A stretch of 28,993 nucleotides of DNA, taken from positions 1 to 28,993 of IMG/VR virus record IMGVR_UViG_3300008255_000377, one strand, 5' to 3'. Position numbers and translations under genes: made by a program. How positions within the stretch are numbered: the first letter of the stretch is position 1; each line of letters starts with the position of its first letter. Below, piece after piece: positions 6,890 to 15,282 of the stretch. The notes under the pieces were generated by a model, which saw only the letters and a list, made by a program, of their open reading frames with translations, did no database searches and was not told where the DNA came from. This DNA is from a virus (lineage: Duplodnaviria > Caudoviricetes).

Positions 6890-7370
6890 GTATAATGTTG
6901 GAAAGACTATCACCATCCACCACGACCACTTAGTAGTGGAACTGGGGAAGGGTAAGGTAGCTATAGTAGACCTGGACGACCTCCAAACCGTCCTCCTTTG
7001 TAATTGGTCCCTAGGTAAGAATGGGTACGTGATGGGTAAGTTGAATGGTGAGAAGGTTTACCTACACCACTTACTCTACCCAAACGAGGAAGCTGTCCTC
7101 TTCATGAACCATGACCACCTAGACCTACGCCGCTCGAACCTTCGTCCTTGTACCCACTCCCAGCGCCATGCTCACCAAAGACCAGTAGGAAATAGAAAGT
7201 ACAAAGGTTGTTACCTACAAGGTGACAGATGGATTGCTCTCATTAAGGATAAAGGTAAGACTAGGTACCTAGGACGTTACGATTCAGAAGTAGAAGCCGC
7301 CAGAGCCTATGACGAAGCAGCAAAGGAGCAGTATGGTGAGCTCGCTTATCTTAACATGAGGGAGGAGTAA
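6882..7370 (+). CDS. HNH-AP2 domain protein with a degenerate HNH active site
   Basis: AIVDLDD...YLHHLL...RRSNLR (HNH scaffold) followed by YKGCY...WIALI...RYLGRYDSEVEAARAYDEAAKEQYGELAYLN (AP2). Confidence 0.85.
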   Translation: MSRYNVGKTITIHHDHLVVELGKGKVAIVDLDDLQTVLLCNWSLGKNGYVMGKLNGEKVYLHHLLYPNEEAVLFMNHDHLDLRRSNLRPCTHSQRHAHQRPVGNRKYKGCYLQGDRWIALIKDKGKTRYLGRYDSEVEAARAYDEAAKEQYGELAYLNMREE

Positions 7371-7924
7371 TGTTAGCAGACTTGATAAGTGTTCCGTCAG
7401 TACGTAAGGATATCATCGAGACCTTATCTAAGTACCTTAAGGATGGTTCCAATATTGTAGAAGTAGGAGCCACGAGGGAATATAATTCTAAAGGGTACCA
7501 ATATGACGGGCACATCTCCCTCCATCTCCTACAATTAGCAAAGGACACGGACTCAATTCTCACGTCTCTGGACATCGACCCATATACTGTATATGCTCTC
7601 CATCATATCTACCAAGGGGAGCACCCATTAGCTAGTGCTATCTTAGCTGACGGGAAAGAGTGGCTCGCTACCTCGGGACCTATTGAGGTTCTCGTCCTAG
7701 ATGCTACAGATGTCCACATCGACGGATGTATTGAAGACCACGAGGCAATGTACCTAGCTGCTCGTCCTAACCTTACCGACCGCTCTTTCCTCATACTAGA
7801 TGATGTCTACGCTATCGGACACGGTGGATTAGGTAAGGCAGCTAGGGTTCTACCTCATGCTGTTGATGATGGTTTCAAGTATCTGGTGCGGGGATATACT
7901 TGCCTCCTCGCTCGGGGACTTTAA
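7370..7924 (+). CDS. Class I SAM-dependent methyltransferase (probable O-methyltransferase)
   Basis: IVEVGATR, SLDID, VLVLDA, LILDDV...GKA motifs. No DPPY/NPPY or PC DNA-methyltransferase motif. Confidence 0.8.
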   Translation: MLADLISVPSVRKDIIETLSKYLKDGSNIVEVGATREYNSKGYQYDGHISLHLLQLAKDTDSILTSLDIDPYTVYALHHIYQGEHPLASAILADGKEWLATSGPIEVLVLDATDVHIDGCIEDHEAMYLAARPNLTDRSFLILDDVYAIGHGGLGKAARVLPHAVDDGFKYLVRGYTCLLARGL

Positions 7925-8580
7925 TGAGCTCCATTAGTCTTATAAGTGTGGTCAGAAACGAACAGGAAAACATTGAGAGGATGCTCCGCTCTATCCTTGG
8001 AGTAGTGGATGAAATCATCATCATCGACCAACAGAGTGAAGACCAAACTCGAGAAGTAGCAACTAAGCTCCTCCAACGTTACCGAGTTCCAACTATTTGG
8101 GAAATGTCCAACCACGTAGGGTATGCTGAACTCTCCCGTCAACGTGCAATAGATTTAGCTAGCGGTGACTACGTCCTACTTCTAGATGGGGATGAAATGT
8201 TCAACCTTTCGTCCCTTTCAGGATTTAATAGAGACGCCTACATCTTATCCCGTAAGACAGTTATACATTTAAATGGGGCACCCTGCATCGAATACTCAGA
8301 CTATGAACAGTTGAGGTTCTGTAAGCGGAGCCTAGCCTTCCACCACAATGATATCCATTGGACCATGTCCTGTAACACCACGGATAAGGGGCTCATCAGG
8401 GAGGCTATCTTGGAAGTTAAAACAGTGGAGGAGACCCTTGCCGATTACCAGCGCTATGAGGCACACCAGTCTAGGGATTTTCAACGCTGGATGATTGAAG
8501 TCCTCAGCCGCTGCATCAAGCATGGCCCTCCCTCTAACCCTGTCGTCGCTCCTTTCTGGGGTAAGCCGGAGGATTGGTAA
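7924..8580 (+). CDS. GT-A fold glycosyltransferase (family GT2)
   Basis: ISLISVVRNEQENIERML...DEIIIIDQQSEDQT...DYVLLLDGDE. Confidence 0.9.
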   Translation: MSSISLISVVRNEQENIERMLRSILGVVDEIIIIDQQSEDQTREVATKLLQRYRVPTIWEMSNHVGYAELSRQRAIDLASGDYVLLLDGDEMFNLSSLSGFNRDAYILSRKTVIHLNGAPCIEYSDYEQLRFCKRSLAFHHNDIHWTMSCNTTDKGLIREAILEVKTVEETLADYQRYEAHQSRDFQRWMIEVLSRCIKHGPPSNPVVAPFWGKPEDW

Positions 8581-8768
8581 TGCAAAACTACTCCTCGGCT
8601 TACCTTGGCGTCTCTCTTCATCGTCAAACAGGACTCTGGAAGTCTTACATCTACCACCAAGGGAAGATGATATCCCTAGGATACTACAAGGACGAAGAGG
8701 AGGCAGCTAGAGCACGGGATAGGAAGGCGGCAGAGTTAGGGTATACCTTGAACTTCCCAACCTCATAA
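8580..8768 (+). CDS. Stand-alone AP2-domain DNA-binding protein
   Basis: SSAYLGVS...WKSYI...ISLGYYKDEEEAARARDRKAAELGYTLNFP. TAATG overlap with the GT2 stop. Confidence 0.85.
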   Translation: MQNYSSAYLGVSLHRQTGLWKSYIYHQGKMISLGYYKDEEEAARARDRKAAELGYTLNFPTS

Positions 8769-8770
8769 GT

Positions 8771-8853
8771 GATTCTCAATTAGATAGAGACTTTCCTTAT
8801 TATCCCTGGGGATTTTAGCACTCAATCCGCTTAGACAGCGGATTCTCAATTAG
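8771..8853. repeat. 13-bp direct repeat gattctcaattag (8771-8783, 8841-8853) with a hairpin aatccgct/agcggatt
   Basis: Read directly in the intergenic region before the radical SAM gene. Confidence 0.7.
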
Positions 8854-8872
8854 CGAAAAATTATGGGAAAAT

Positions 8873-9589
8873 ATGAGTAAACCACTCGAGAACCTCCAAA
8901 TCCTTAACTTCGAGATTGGGATTCGTTGTAATATGGCTTCAATCCACCATGAGTGTCCAGTGAATCGTCGAGACCGGTTTCAAGGAAAACCATATCACCT
9001 AACAACAGAAGTTATTACCGAGACCGTCCACAAAGCAGAGGAGTTGGGTTTCGCTGGCCTAATCTCCTTCTTTCGCTATAATGAAATGCTAATGTACCTG
9101 CCAAAGATTAAGGCAGTAATGGAGGCTCTGGCTGATAGGCCACGACGATACCTGTGCTGGACAAATGGGCTACTCTTAGATGATGAAAATGCCTCACTAT
9201 TTAATGTGATTCATATCACCGCGTATCACAAGGACCGGGTACCATACTATAAGGAACTCGAAGCTAGGCATTCAACCATAGAATTTATGATTCGACCAAT
9301 CGTGCTAGACGATAGACTGAATCAGCAGGACTGGCCAGCATCTTCTTCCGTCGTCCACTGTACTAGACCAGAATGGATTGAGCTTCCAGTCGATTTTGCG
9401 GGTAACGTCTGCCTCTGCTGCTACGACCACGATGCCAAGGAATCACTAGGTAATATCTTCGAGCAGCCATTCTCCGAGATAATCACGGGACGATACCAAG
9501 AAGTCATCACCTCCCTCGCTAATAATTCCTCTCCTTCCGCCCTATGTACTAGATGTGTCTACAGATACCCGGGACGTAACCTCTGGTAG
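8873..9589 (+). CDS. Radical SAM / SPASM-twitch domain protein with a non-canonical cluster motif
   Basis: FEIGIRCNMASIHHECP, RYNEML, WTNGLLLD, CTRP...GNVCLCCYD...LGNI...LCTRC. Confidence 0.8.
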   Translation: MSKPLENLQILNFEIGIRCNMASIHHECPVNRRDRFQGKPYHLTTEVITETVHKAEELGFAGLISFFRYNEMLMYLPKIKAVMEALADRPRRYLCWTNGLLLDDENASLFNVIHITAYHKDRVPYYKELEARHSTIEFMIRPIVLDDRLNQQDWPASSSVVHCTRPEWIELPVDFAGNVCLCCYDHDAKESLGNIFEQPFSEIITGRYQEVITSLANNSSPSALCTRCVYRYPGRNLW

Positions 9590-9673
9590 CGCCAATCTAT
9601 CATCACTTTTTGCTAACTATTAGGGGAAAGGTCCACATCTCGTTGGACTATAACCGCTGGGGTTAAGTATATC

Positions 9674-10168
9674 ATGGATGGTGCTGGGGACTTTGTGCGC
9701 GCACTCAACGAGGTTAGACCTGAAATCGTGATTGTATTGATGTTGGTCTTATTCATTTGTTGTATATTGCTTCCGTCAGGTATAGGCCTCGCTCTCTGGG
9801 TAAGAAAAACAATTAAGGGTGGACCTATTACAGGTGTAGAAAGTAATCCTAAGGAGGAAAGGGCACGTATTAGGAATGGTGGGTCTAAGGGTACAAACCT
9901 TAATATCATCTATGACACAACCCTACAGACTCTCTTAATTGTTACGCAGCTGACTAAACGGTTGGATGCTATCGACTCTCGCCTTTCAGAAGGTGATAAG
10001 TGGATGGTTGGACAGGATATGGAGACCTCTCACTTACGTACTGCTTTAGGTAGATTAGAAGATAGGATGCGACAAAGCAAACACTGGCAACCCTCGGAGA
10101 AGGATGAAGCTCTGGCAGCCCTAAAGGTACTCCAAGATAGAATCCATGAACTCGAGCATAACGTTTAA
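9674..10168 (+). CDS. Membrane-anchored coiled-coil protein (possible lysis accessory)
   Basis: N-terminal hydrophobic IVIVLMLVLFICCILLPSGIGLALW followed by heptad-rich helices. Confidence 0.6.
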   Translation: MDGAGDFVRALNEVRPEIVIVLMLVLFICCILLPSGIGLALWVRKTIKGGPITGVESNPKEERARIRNGGSKGTNLNIIYDTTLQTLLIVTQLTKRLDAIDSRLSEGDKWMVGQDMETSHLRTALGRLEDRMRQSKHWQPSEKDEALAALKVLQDRIHELEHNV

Positions 10169-10180
10169 TCAAGGAGTGAG

Positions 10181-10660
10181 ATGATGGGAAACGCGGGCTC
10201 AGCTATTATTCCCGCCGAGGAGAGTAAGGAATTAGTTGCTAGCCTCCTAGTGGATTATGCTAGCTTCTTCGAGCGGACCACTACCGCCCCCTCTAAGTGG
10301 ATAGCCTTCATCTGTCGATACTGTCAGACAGCTAGACTTGTGTCGTCTCTAGAAGAAAGTCACATCTCCTGGTTAACCTTCCGGAAACTAAGGAAGGAAG
10401 ACGAAGAGTTCCGTAGGATGTGGCTCTCTATTGATGACTACATCACGGAGAAGGTTCTCGATATAGCCCAAGCTGCAGCAACCAATACCAATAATCCAGA
10501 CCTGAACTTCATTAAGTGGTTCCTCTCGAAGCGTATCCCGGATAGGTACGGGGACCGTGTAAAGATTGAGGCAGAGATACAGTCCAACCTTTCCACCCTT
10601 TCTAATGAGGAACTCGAGGAACTCATCCACCGTGGACAGAACCCAACAACTAGCAGCTAA
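10181..10660 (+). CDS. terS: Terminase small subunit
   Basis: DEEFRRMW...IKWFLSKRIPDRYGDRV motif. Lies directly before terL and has an AAGGAG RBS. Confidence 0.8.
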   Translation: MMGNAGSAIIPAEESKELVASLLVDYASFFERTTTAPSKWIAFICRYCQTARLVSSLEESHISWLTFRKLRKEDEEFRRMWLSIDDYITEKVLDIAQAAATNTNNPDLNFIKWFLSKRIPDRYGDRVKIEAEIQSNLSTLSNEELEELIHRGQNPTTSS

Positions 10661-11987
10661 GTTAGAGTTATGCCGCAGAGACCTTGGATATTTTTATTCT
10701 TTCGTCTCTGGTTGGGCTATCCCTACTCATATCCTACCACTGCTAGAGAGACTCCAATCCATGGGGAATGGCCAGCGGTTAATTGTGGCCATGCCACCAA
10801 GGACAAGTAAGTCGACCACTATCTCCCACCTGTTCCCAATCTGGTTAATGGGTAAAGCTCAACTCTCCGCTGAGTCCTGTAAGTTAGGGATTATGACTTA
10901 CGGACAGAAACTCAGTAATGAGAATAGCTTCAAGGCTAGGACCTTCCTACAGAGTGATTACTACCACTTAGTCTTTCCTTCCGTCCAACTAGGGGTGGAT
11001 AACATCACCCACTGGAGACTTAAAGGGACACAGGATATCTCCTACTTCGCTTCTTCCGTTGGAGGAGCAGCTACTGGTTTAGGCTTCGACTACTTAATAA
11101 TAGACGACCCGTTGCGGGATATCGAGGAAGCCTCGAATCGTGACCACACCCAGAAGCTCTACGATTGGTTCAACTCCGTTGCTCGAACAAGAATAGAAGC
11201 CGGTGGTAATATAATCATCCTAGCTACTAGATGGTCAGACCATGACTTAACCGGGAGACTTATGAAAGAGGGAGGTTGGGATATCCTTACCGTCCCTGCT
11301 ATTAATGAGAGTGGGGAGTCCCTCTGGCCTGAACGTTACCCAGTGGAGGACTTCCTAGAACTGAGGAGTAAGAACCCCAGAATATTTGAATGCCTCTTCC
11401 AACAGAACCCACTACCTATTGAAGGTAAACTTATCAAAAAAAGTTACCTCAAGTATGGTAGGGTCCCTGGGAAGATTACTCATAGGTTCATCACTTGGGA
11501 CTGCGCCTCAACTATCTCCAAGACCTCCGACTGGTCAGTAGGTATAGAGTTCGAGGTAGATGAATATTTGAACATTGGAGTGGTGGATTTCATCAGAGTG
11601 AAGGAGGAGTTCCCACAACTCCTGAAGACTATTAAGTCTTGGGGCTCCGCTCCTACCGTCTACATTGAGAAAGCAGCAGCTGGCATCCAAGTACTACAGT
11701 CCCTTCCTTCCGTCTATAATAGAAGAAGTTTCCTAGAGCGGAAAGTAACAGTATCCAAATCCGCTAGACTAGAAGCTATGACCCCACAATTTGAAGCCGG
11801 GAAGATATTCCTCGCTGAAGAGTACCTAGAACTCGAGAAGGAACTCCTACAGTTTCCAGATGGTGCTCATGATGATTGTGTAGATGCTCTGACACTCAGC
11901 CAATATTGCATCATCCGCACCACTGGGAGTACTAGTGTGAAGAGGGACGAAATCCTCTCCAACTCCAGCTACGCTGGACTCTTTTAG
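10632..11987 (+). CDS. terL: Terminase large subunit (probable GTG start at 10632)
   Basis: Walker A MPPRTSKST, Walker B LIIDDP, TRWSDHDL, nuclease WDCAS...DWSV...HDDCVDAL. Confidence 0.95.
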   Translation: MDRTQQLAAKLELCRRDLGYFYSFVSGWAIPTHILPLLERLQSMGNGQRLIVAMPPRTSKSTTISHLFPIWLMGKAQLSAESCKLGIMTYGQKLSNENSFKARTFLQSDYYHLVFPSVQLGVDNITHWRLKGTQDISYFASSVGGAATGLGFDYLIIDDPLRDIEEASNRDHTQKLYDWFNSVARTRIEAGGNIIILATRWSDHDLTGRLMKEGGWDILTVPAINESGESLWPERYPVEDFLELRSKNPRIFECLFQQNPLPIEGKLIKKSYLKYGRVPGKITHRFITWDCASTISKTSDWSVGIEFEVDEYLNIGVVDFIRVKEEFPQLLKTIKSWGSAPTVYIEKAAAGIQVLQSLPSVYNRRSFLERKVTVSKSARLEAMTPQFEAGKIFLAEEYLELEKELLQFPDGAHDDCVDALTLSQYCIIRTTGSTSVKRDEILSNSSYAGLF

Positions 11988-11998
11988 GAGATATTCAA

Positions 11999-13132
11999 AT
12001 GCTATTGCACGAGCCATATGTTAAGTTCCTTTCGCACAGATTCTCACCATCCCAGAGAAACCTGAATACTTATCGTGAGATGTTGCTGAAGGACCCCCTC
12101 GTTGTGTACGGGTACGATTTCTGCCGTAGAGGTATTGCTTCCCGAATTGGTGATTACCATAATGAGGACGAGAAGATTCAGGACTATGTAGACCGTGCGG
12201 TCCTACCAGCTATCCGACGGGACATTAAGAACATCCTATCTGCTATCTACTTCGGGGCTTCCTTGTCCGAACTTGTTAAGGAACCAGTAGGTGGGGAGGT
12301 CCACCTAGCTAAGCTCTACACTGCTTCAGCCGATATATGGTGGGGTTCAGCGGCATGGGAAGAAGATGAGCAGCATAACTTAATTGCTGTCAACACTTTA
12401 GATGGAAGCATTCCTTACTATGATGAGTCAGGGATTCAACAGCTTGCTCTCTATACTTACCGCCCAGAGTATAATGAGTACTTCGGATTCCCTACAGCTA
12501 CTCAGGTTTACCCTTATTGGTATGTTAAGTCCCGTCTTCTTTCGTTCTATGCTATCTACTTAGAGAAGTTTGGCTCTCCCTCTATAGCTATTTCAACAGA
12601 CGGTAACGATGATGGTAGAATACAGAGCCAGTACAGGAACATTGGCACTGACCTCCTAATGGTGCTGCCTAAAGATGCACAAGCTACCATCCTTGAATCC
12701 GCTCATGCCGCTGGTGATGAGTTCAACCAAGCTATCGAACTCCTTGATAAGTACCTACTGCTGAGCTTTACAATTCCTAAGCTTGTGGTGGACGAGGGGG
12801 TGTACTCAACTCGAGCTCAGAGTACAGTCCACTTAGATGTCTACCTTAAGTCAGAAACGGAGATGGTGGAGAACCTTTGTGCTTGGTTAACCCAAAACAT
12901 CATCAAACCAATGGTCATTCTCAACTATGGCCAGCAGGATGATTACGGTACCTTCGAGATTAAGGACCCAGACCCGGTGTCCATGGAAACTTGGGCTGCT
13001 ATCCTCAAGGACATTAAGGATATAGGACTCCTCAACCTTTCGCTTGAGTCACACATTGAATGGGCCTCCGAGAAGGTAGGTCTACCAGTAGAAGTATTAA
13101 CTGATGGGTTAGCCGGAGGCTTAGATGCCTAA
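11999..13132 (+). CDS. Portal protein, Mu gp29/DUF935-like
   Basis: Follows terL. AIYFGAS..ELV and YLEKFGSP motifs; AGGAG RBS. Confidence 0.85.
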   Translation: MLLHEPYVKFLSHRFSPSQRNLNTYREMLLKDPLVVYGYDFCRRGIASRIGDYHNEDEKIQDYVDRAVLPAIRRDIKNILSAIYFGASLSELVKEPVGGEVHLAKLYTASADIWWGSAAWEEDEQHNLIAVNTLDGSIPYYDESGIQQLALYTYRPEYNEYFGFPTATQVYPYWYVKSRLLSFYAIYLEKFGSPSIAISTDGNDDGRIQSQYRNIGTDLLMVLPKDAQATILESAHAAGDEFNQAIELLDKYLLLSFTIPKLVVDEGVYSTRAQSTVHLDVYLKSETEMVENLCAWLTQNIIKPMVILNYGQQDDYGTFEIKDPDPVSMETWAAILKDIKDIGLLNLSLESHIEWASEKVGLPVEVLTDGLAGGLDA

Positions 13133-13799
13133 GTCCGTGATGTTCTCCACTAACATCTCCACAATCACCGTACCTACTCCATTCTTTGCTAGAATGACGC
13201 AGCACACTTATCAATACATGTTAGGAGTTGAAGACACTGACTTGAAGTTTGAGGTGCCCTTCATCAACCTTGGTGGTGGTATAATCAACATCGCAAGAGC
13301 ACAACAGGTAGAGCACTTCATCGAAGATAGTACCGCAGAGTGGTTCTTCAACGTGGATTGTGATGAGACGTGGGGACCCAATGGTATCTCAACACTTATA
13401 GAGACGGGTGGAGATATCCTATCAGCACCGGTGTTTTTGAAACACGCCCCATTCTTACCTAACTTCTTCCATTGGGATGGTAAGAATCTCGAGGTACCTA
13501 CGGGACCTATTCCTGACGAACCGTTCGAAGTTGATGCTGTAGGCTTTGGTTTTATAGCCATTCATCGACCCGTCCTTGAAGTTCTCTGGCATGTACACCG
13601 TGACAGTCTCTTCCGCTCTCCCAAGAGGCATAAGTGGGGGGACATTCTACTTGGTGAAGATGTAGCCTTCTCTTACTATGCTAAGCAGCAGGGATTCTCA
13701 ATTACCGTTAACCCATCAATAGAGGTGAAGCACCTCACATACACCGAAGTCGGGAGACAACAGTTTGATAACTCCCGTCAGGAGGTAACACATGGATAA
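13125..13799 (+). CDS. GT-A fold glycosyltransferase (GT2-like) inside the head module
   Basis: WFFNVDCDE (DxD), PFEVDAVGFGFIAIHRPVLE, GEDVAFS...GFSITVNPSIEVKH. Confidence 0.85.
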   Translation: MPKSVMFSTNISTITVPTPFFARMTQHTYQYMLGVEDTDLKFEVPFINLGGGIINIARAQQVEHFIEDSTAEWFFNVDCDETWGPNGISTLIETGGDILSAPVFLKHAPFLPNFFHWDGKNLEVPTGPIPDEPFEVDAVGFGFIAIHRPVLEVLWHVHRDSLFRSPKRHKWGDILLGEDVAFSYYAKQQGFSITVNPSIEVKHLTYTEVGRQQFDNSRQEVTHG

Positions 13800-14865
13800 T
13801 AGAGTTAAGTTTGAGGTGCCAGTCTTCGCAGCTGGGCAGTACAGTCAGTACGGTTATTCTGATTATACTGATGAGGATATTAGTACCATTGCTAACAGGA
13901 CGAACTCCTATGGTGTGATGCCTCTCTCCTTCGTCAGTGATATTTATAACGAAGAAGATGAGGGTGTCCCGATTACAATAGAGCACGCAGATACCGTCGG
14001 AATTATAGATGCAGGCTTTGCAGATAGATTCTACGCCGACGGACCCACGTTACGAGCTAATCTAAATCTACCAGAGGGGGTGTATTCTAATCTCTCTAAA
14101 GGTACTCGTGGCCTTTCGATTGAGATAGACCCCTCTACTAAGGTTATCAACCGGATTACTCTTACCTCTCACCCTCTCGTCAAATCTGCTGTATTTAGTG
14201 AGGGAGCAGTAAATGGACAAGCCATTAAGGAAGGTGTAGAGTGCTACTCCACTGTGATGGCCCAGGAGTCTACTATGGCTGAAGCACAAAATGAAGAGAC
14301 CCAGGAGGAGGTGGAAGTGACAGAAGAAGTCATCGAGACCCCCACCGAGGAGACTCCAGAGGAGACTCCTGTAGCAGAAACCGAGGAGCAGCCTCAACTT
14401 CCAGGGACGGAAGAGTTCTCTGAGACTGAGGCTCGCATTCAGGAACTTGAAGAGCGGAACCTTCAACTCGAGAAGCGGAATGCTCTCCTAGAAGATGAGA
14501 AGATTAAGGCAGAGGTGGATTCCTTCTCCGTCGCTATGGTAGGGAAGGGAGTCCCCCCAGCTATTGTGAACCTTTTAGCCCCAACCATTGTCAAGGGTAA
14601 GAGTGAGAAGTATAGCTCCACCCATAGTGAGTTTGGTATTATCGCTGGCAAGGTTATGGAGTTCTTTTCGTCCGACGAAGCTTTCAAGGCACTTATCGTG
14701 ACCTCTCCAACGGAAGATTATATCCTCGAGACTAATGAGGAGAAGTACTCCGTGGATGCTATCAAGGCACGAGCTAAGAAGTACTGTGAAGATAATGGAC
14801 ATGAGGTTGGTGGTAAGGAGTACATCCGCTTCATCGCTACAGAGGCCGTGAAGTCGGCTGAGTAA
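13792..14865 (+). CDS. Mu gpI-like prohead protease / scaffold fusion
   Basis: VPVFAAGQY...PITIEH...GLSIEI...ITLTSHPLVK protease-like region, then an acidic linker and coiled coil. Confidence 0.75.
   Translation: MDNRVKFEVPVFAAGQYSQYGYSDYTDEDISTIANRTNSYGVMPLSFVSDIYNEEDEGVPITIEHADTVGIIDAGFADRFYADGPTLRANLNLPEGVYSNLSKGTRGLSIEIDPSTKVINRITLTSHPLVKSAVFSEGAVNGQAIKEGVECYSTVMAQESTMAEAQNEETQEEVEVTEEVIETPTEETPEETPVAETEEQPQLPGTEEFSETEARIQELEERNLQLEKRNALLEDEKIKAEVDSFSVAMVGKGVPPAIVNLLAPTIVKGKSEKYSSTHSEFGIIAGKVMEFFSSDEAFKALIVTSPTEDYILETNEEKYSVDAIKARAKKYCEDNGHEVGGKEYIRFIATEAVKSAE
14275..14865 (+). CDS. Probable internally initiated scaffolding protein (Mu gpZ-like)
   Basis: In-frame ATG at 14275 with AGGAG at 14264-14268. 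Confidence 0.5.
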   Translation: MAEAQNEETQEEVEVTEEVIETPTEETPEETPVAETEEQPQLPGTEEFSETEARIQELEERNLQLEKRNALLEDEKIKAEVDSFSVAMVGKGVPPAIVNLLAPTIVKGKSEKYSSTHSEFGIIAGKVMEFFSSDEAFKALIVTSPTEDYILETNEEKYSVDAIKARAKKYCEDNGHEVGGKEYIRFIATEAVKSAE

Positions 14866-14878
14866 GGAGGCCATCATT

Positions 14879-15259
14879 ATGGCAATTGGATACAACGACC
14901 AAGTGGTTCGTCGACTGCTGGCTGCGGTCACTGTAGAGAAGTATGACGTGGTCAAGATGAGCACGACTACTGGTTACGTCGCCGTCGCTGGCAGTGGAGA
15001 GAAGGCGGTAGGTATTGCGAAGGAAGATGCCAACCCTGGTGACGCTCTCGACGTAGTGATTGAGGGCGAGTACTTCGCCTATGCCAGCGCTGCGATTGCG
15101 GTTGGTGCCACGGTTGCTGCTGGTGCTACCGGCCAGATTCGTACCGCCATCTCGACCGATGCTACCATCGTGGGGCATATGGGGCTGGCTCAGGCTGCTG
15201 CTGTTACTAATGACTTGGCCGCTGTCCGCATCGCGACTAATGTTGTTAGTATTGCTTAA
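14879..15259 (+). CDS. Capsid decoration/cement protein (DUF2190-like)
   Basis: Ala/Gly/Val-rich AVGIAKEDANPGD...AIAVGATVAAGATG. Lies before the MCP with an AGGAGG RBS. Confidence 0.8.
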   Translation: MAIGYNDQVVRRLLAAVTVEKYDVVKMSTTTGYVAVAGSGEKAVGIAKEDANPGDALDVVIEGEYFAYASAAIAVGATVAAGATGQIRTAISTDATIVGHMGLAQAAAVTNDLAAVRIATNVVSIA

Positions 15260-15282
15260 GTAACCCTTAAGGAGATTTCATT

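Noticed and set aside
7370-7924. DNA methyltransferase forming an R-M pair with the nuclease
   Set aside because: It has no DPPY/NPPY or PC catalytic motif. Its size and motifs fit small-molecule or O-methyltransferases.
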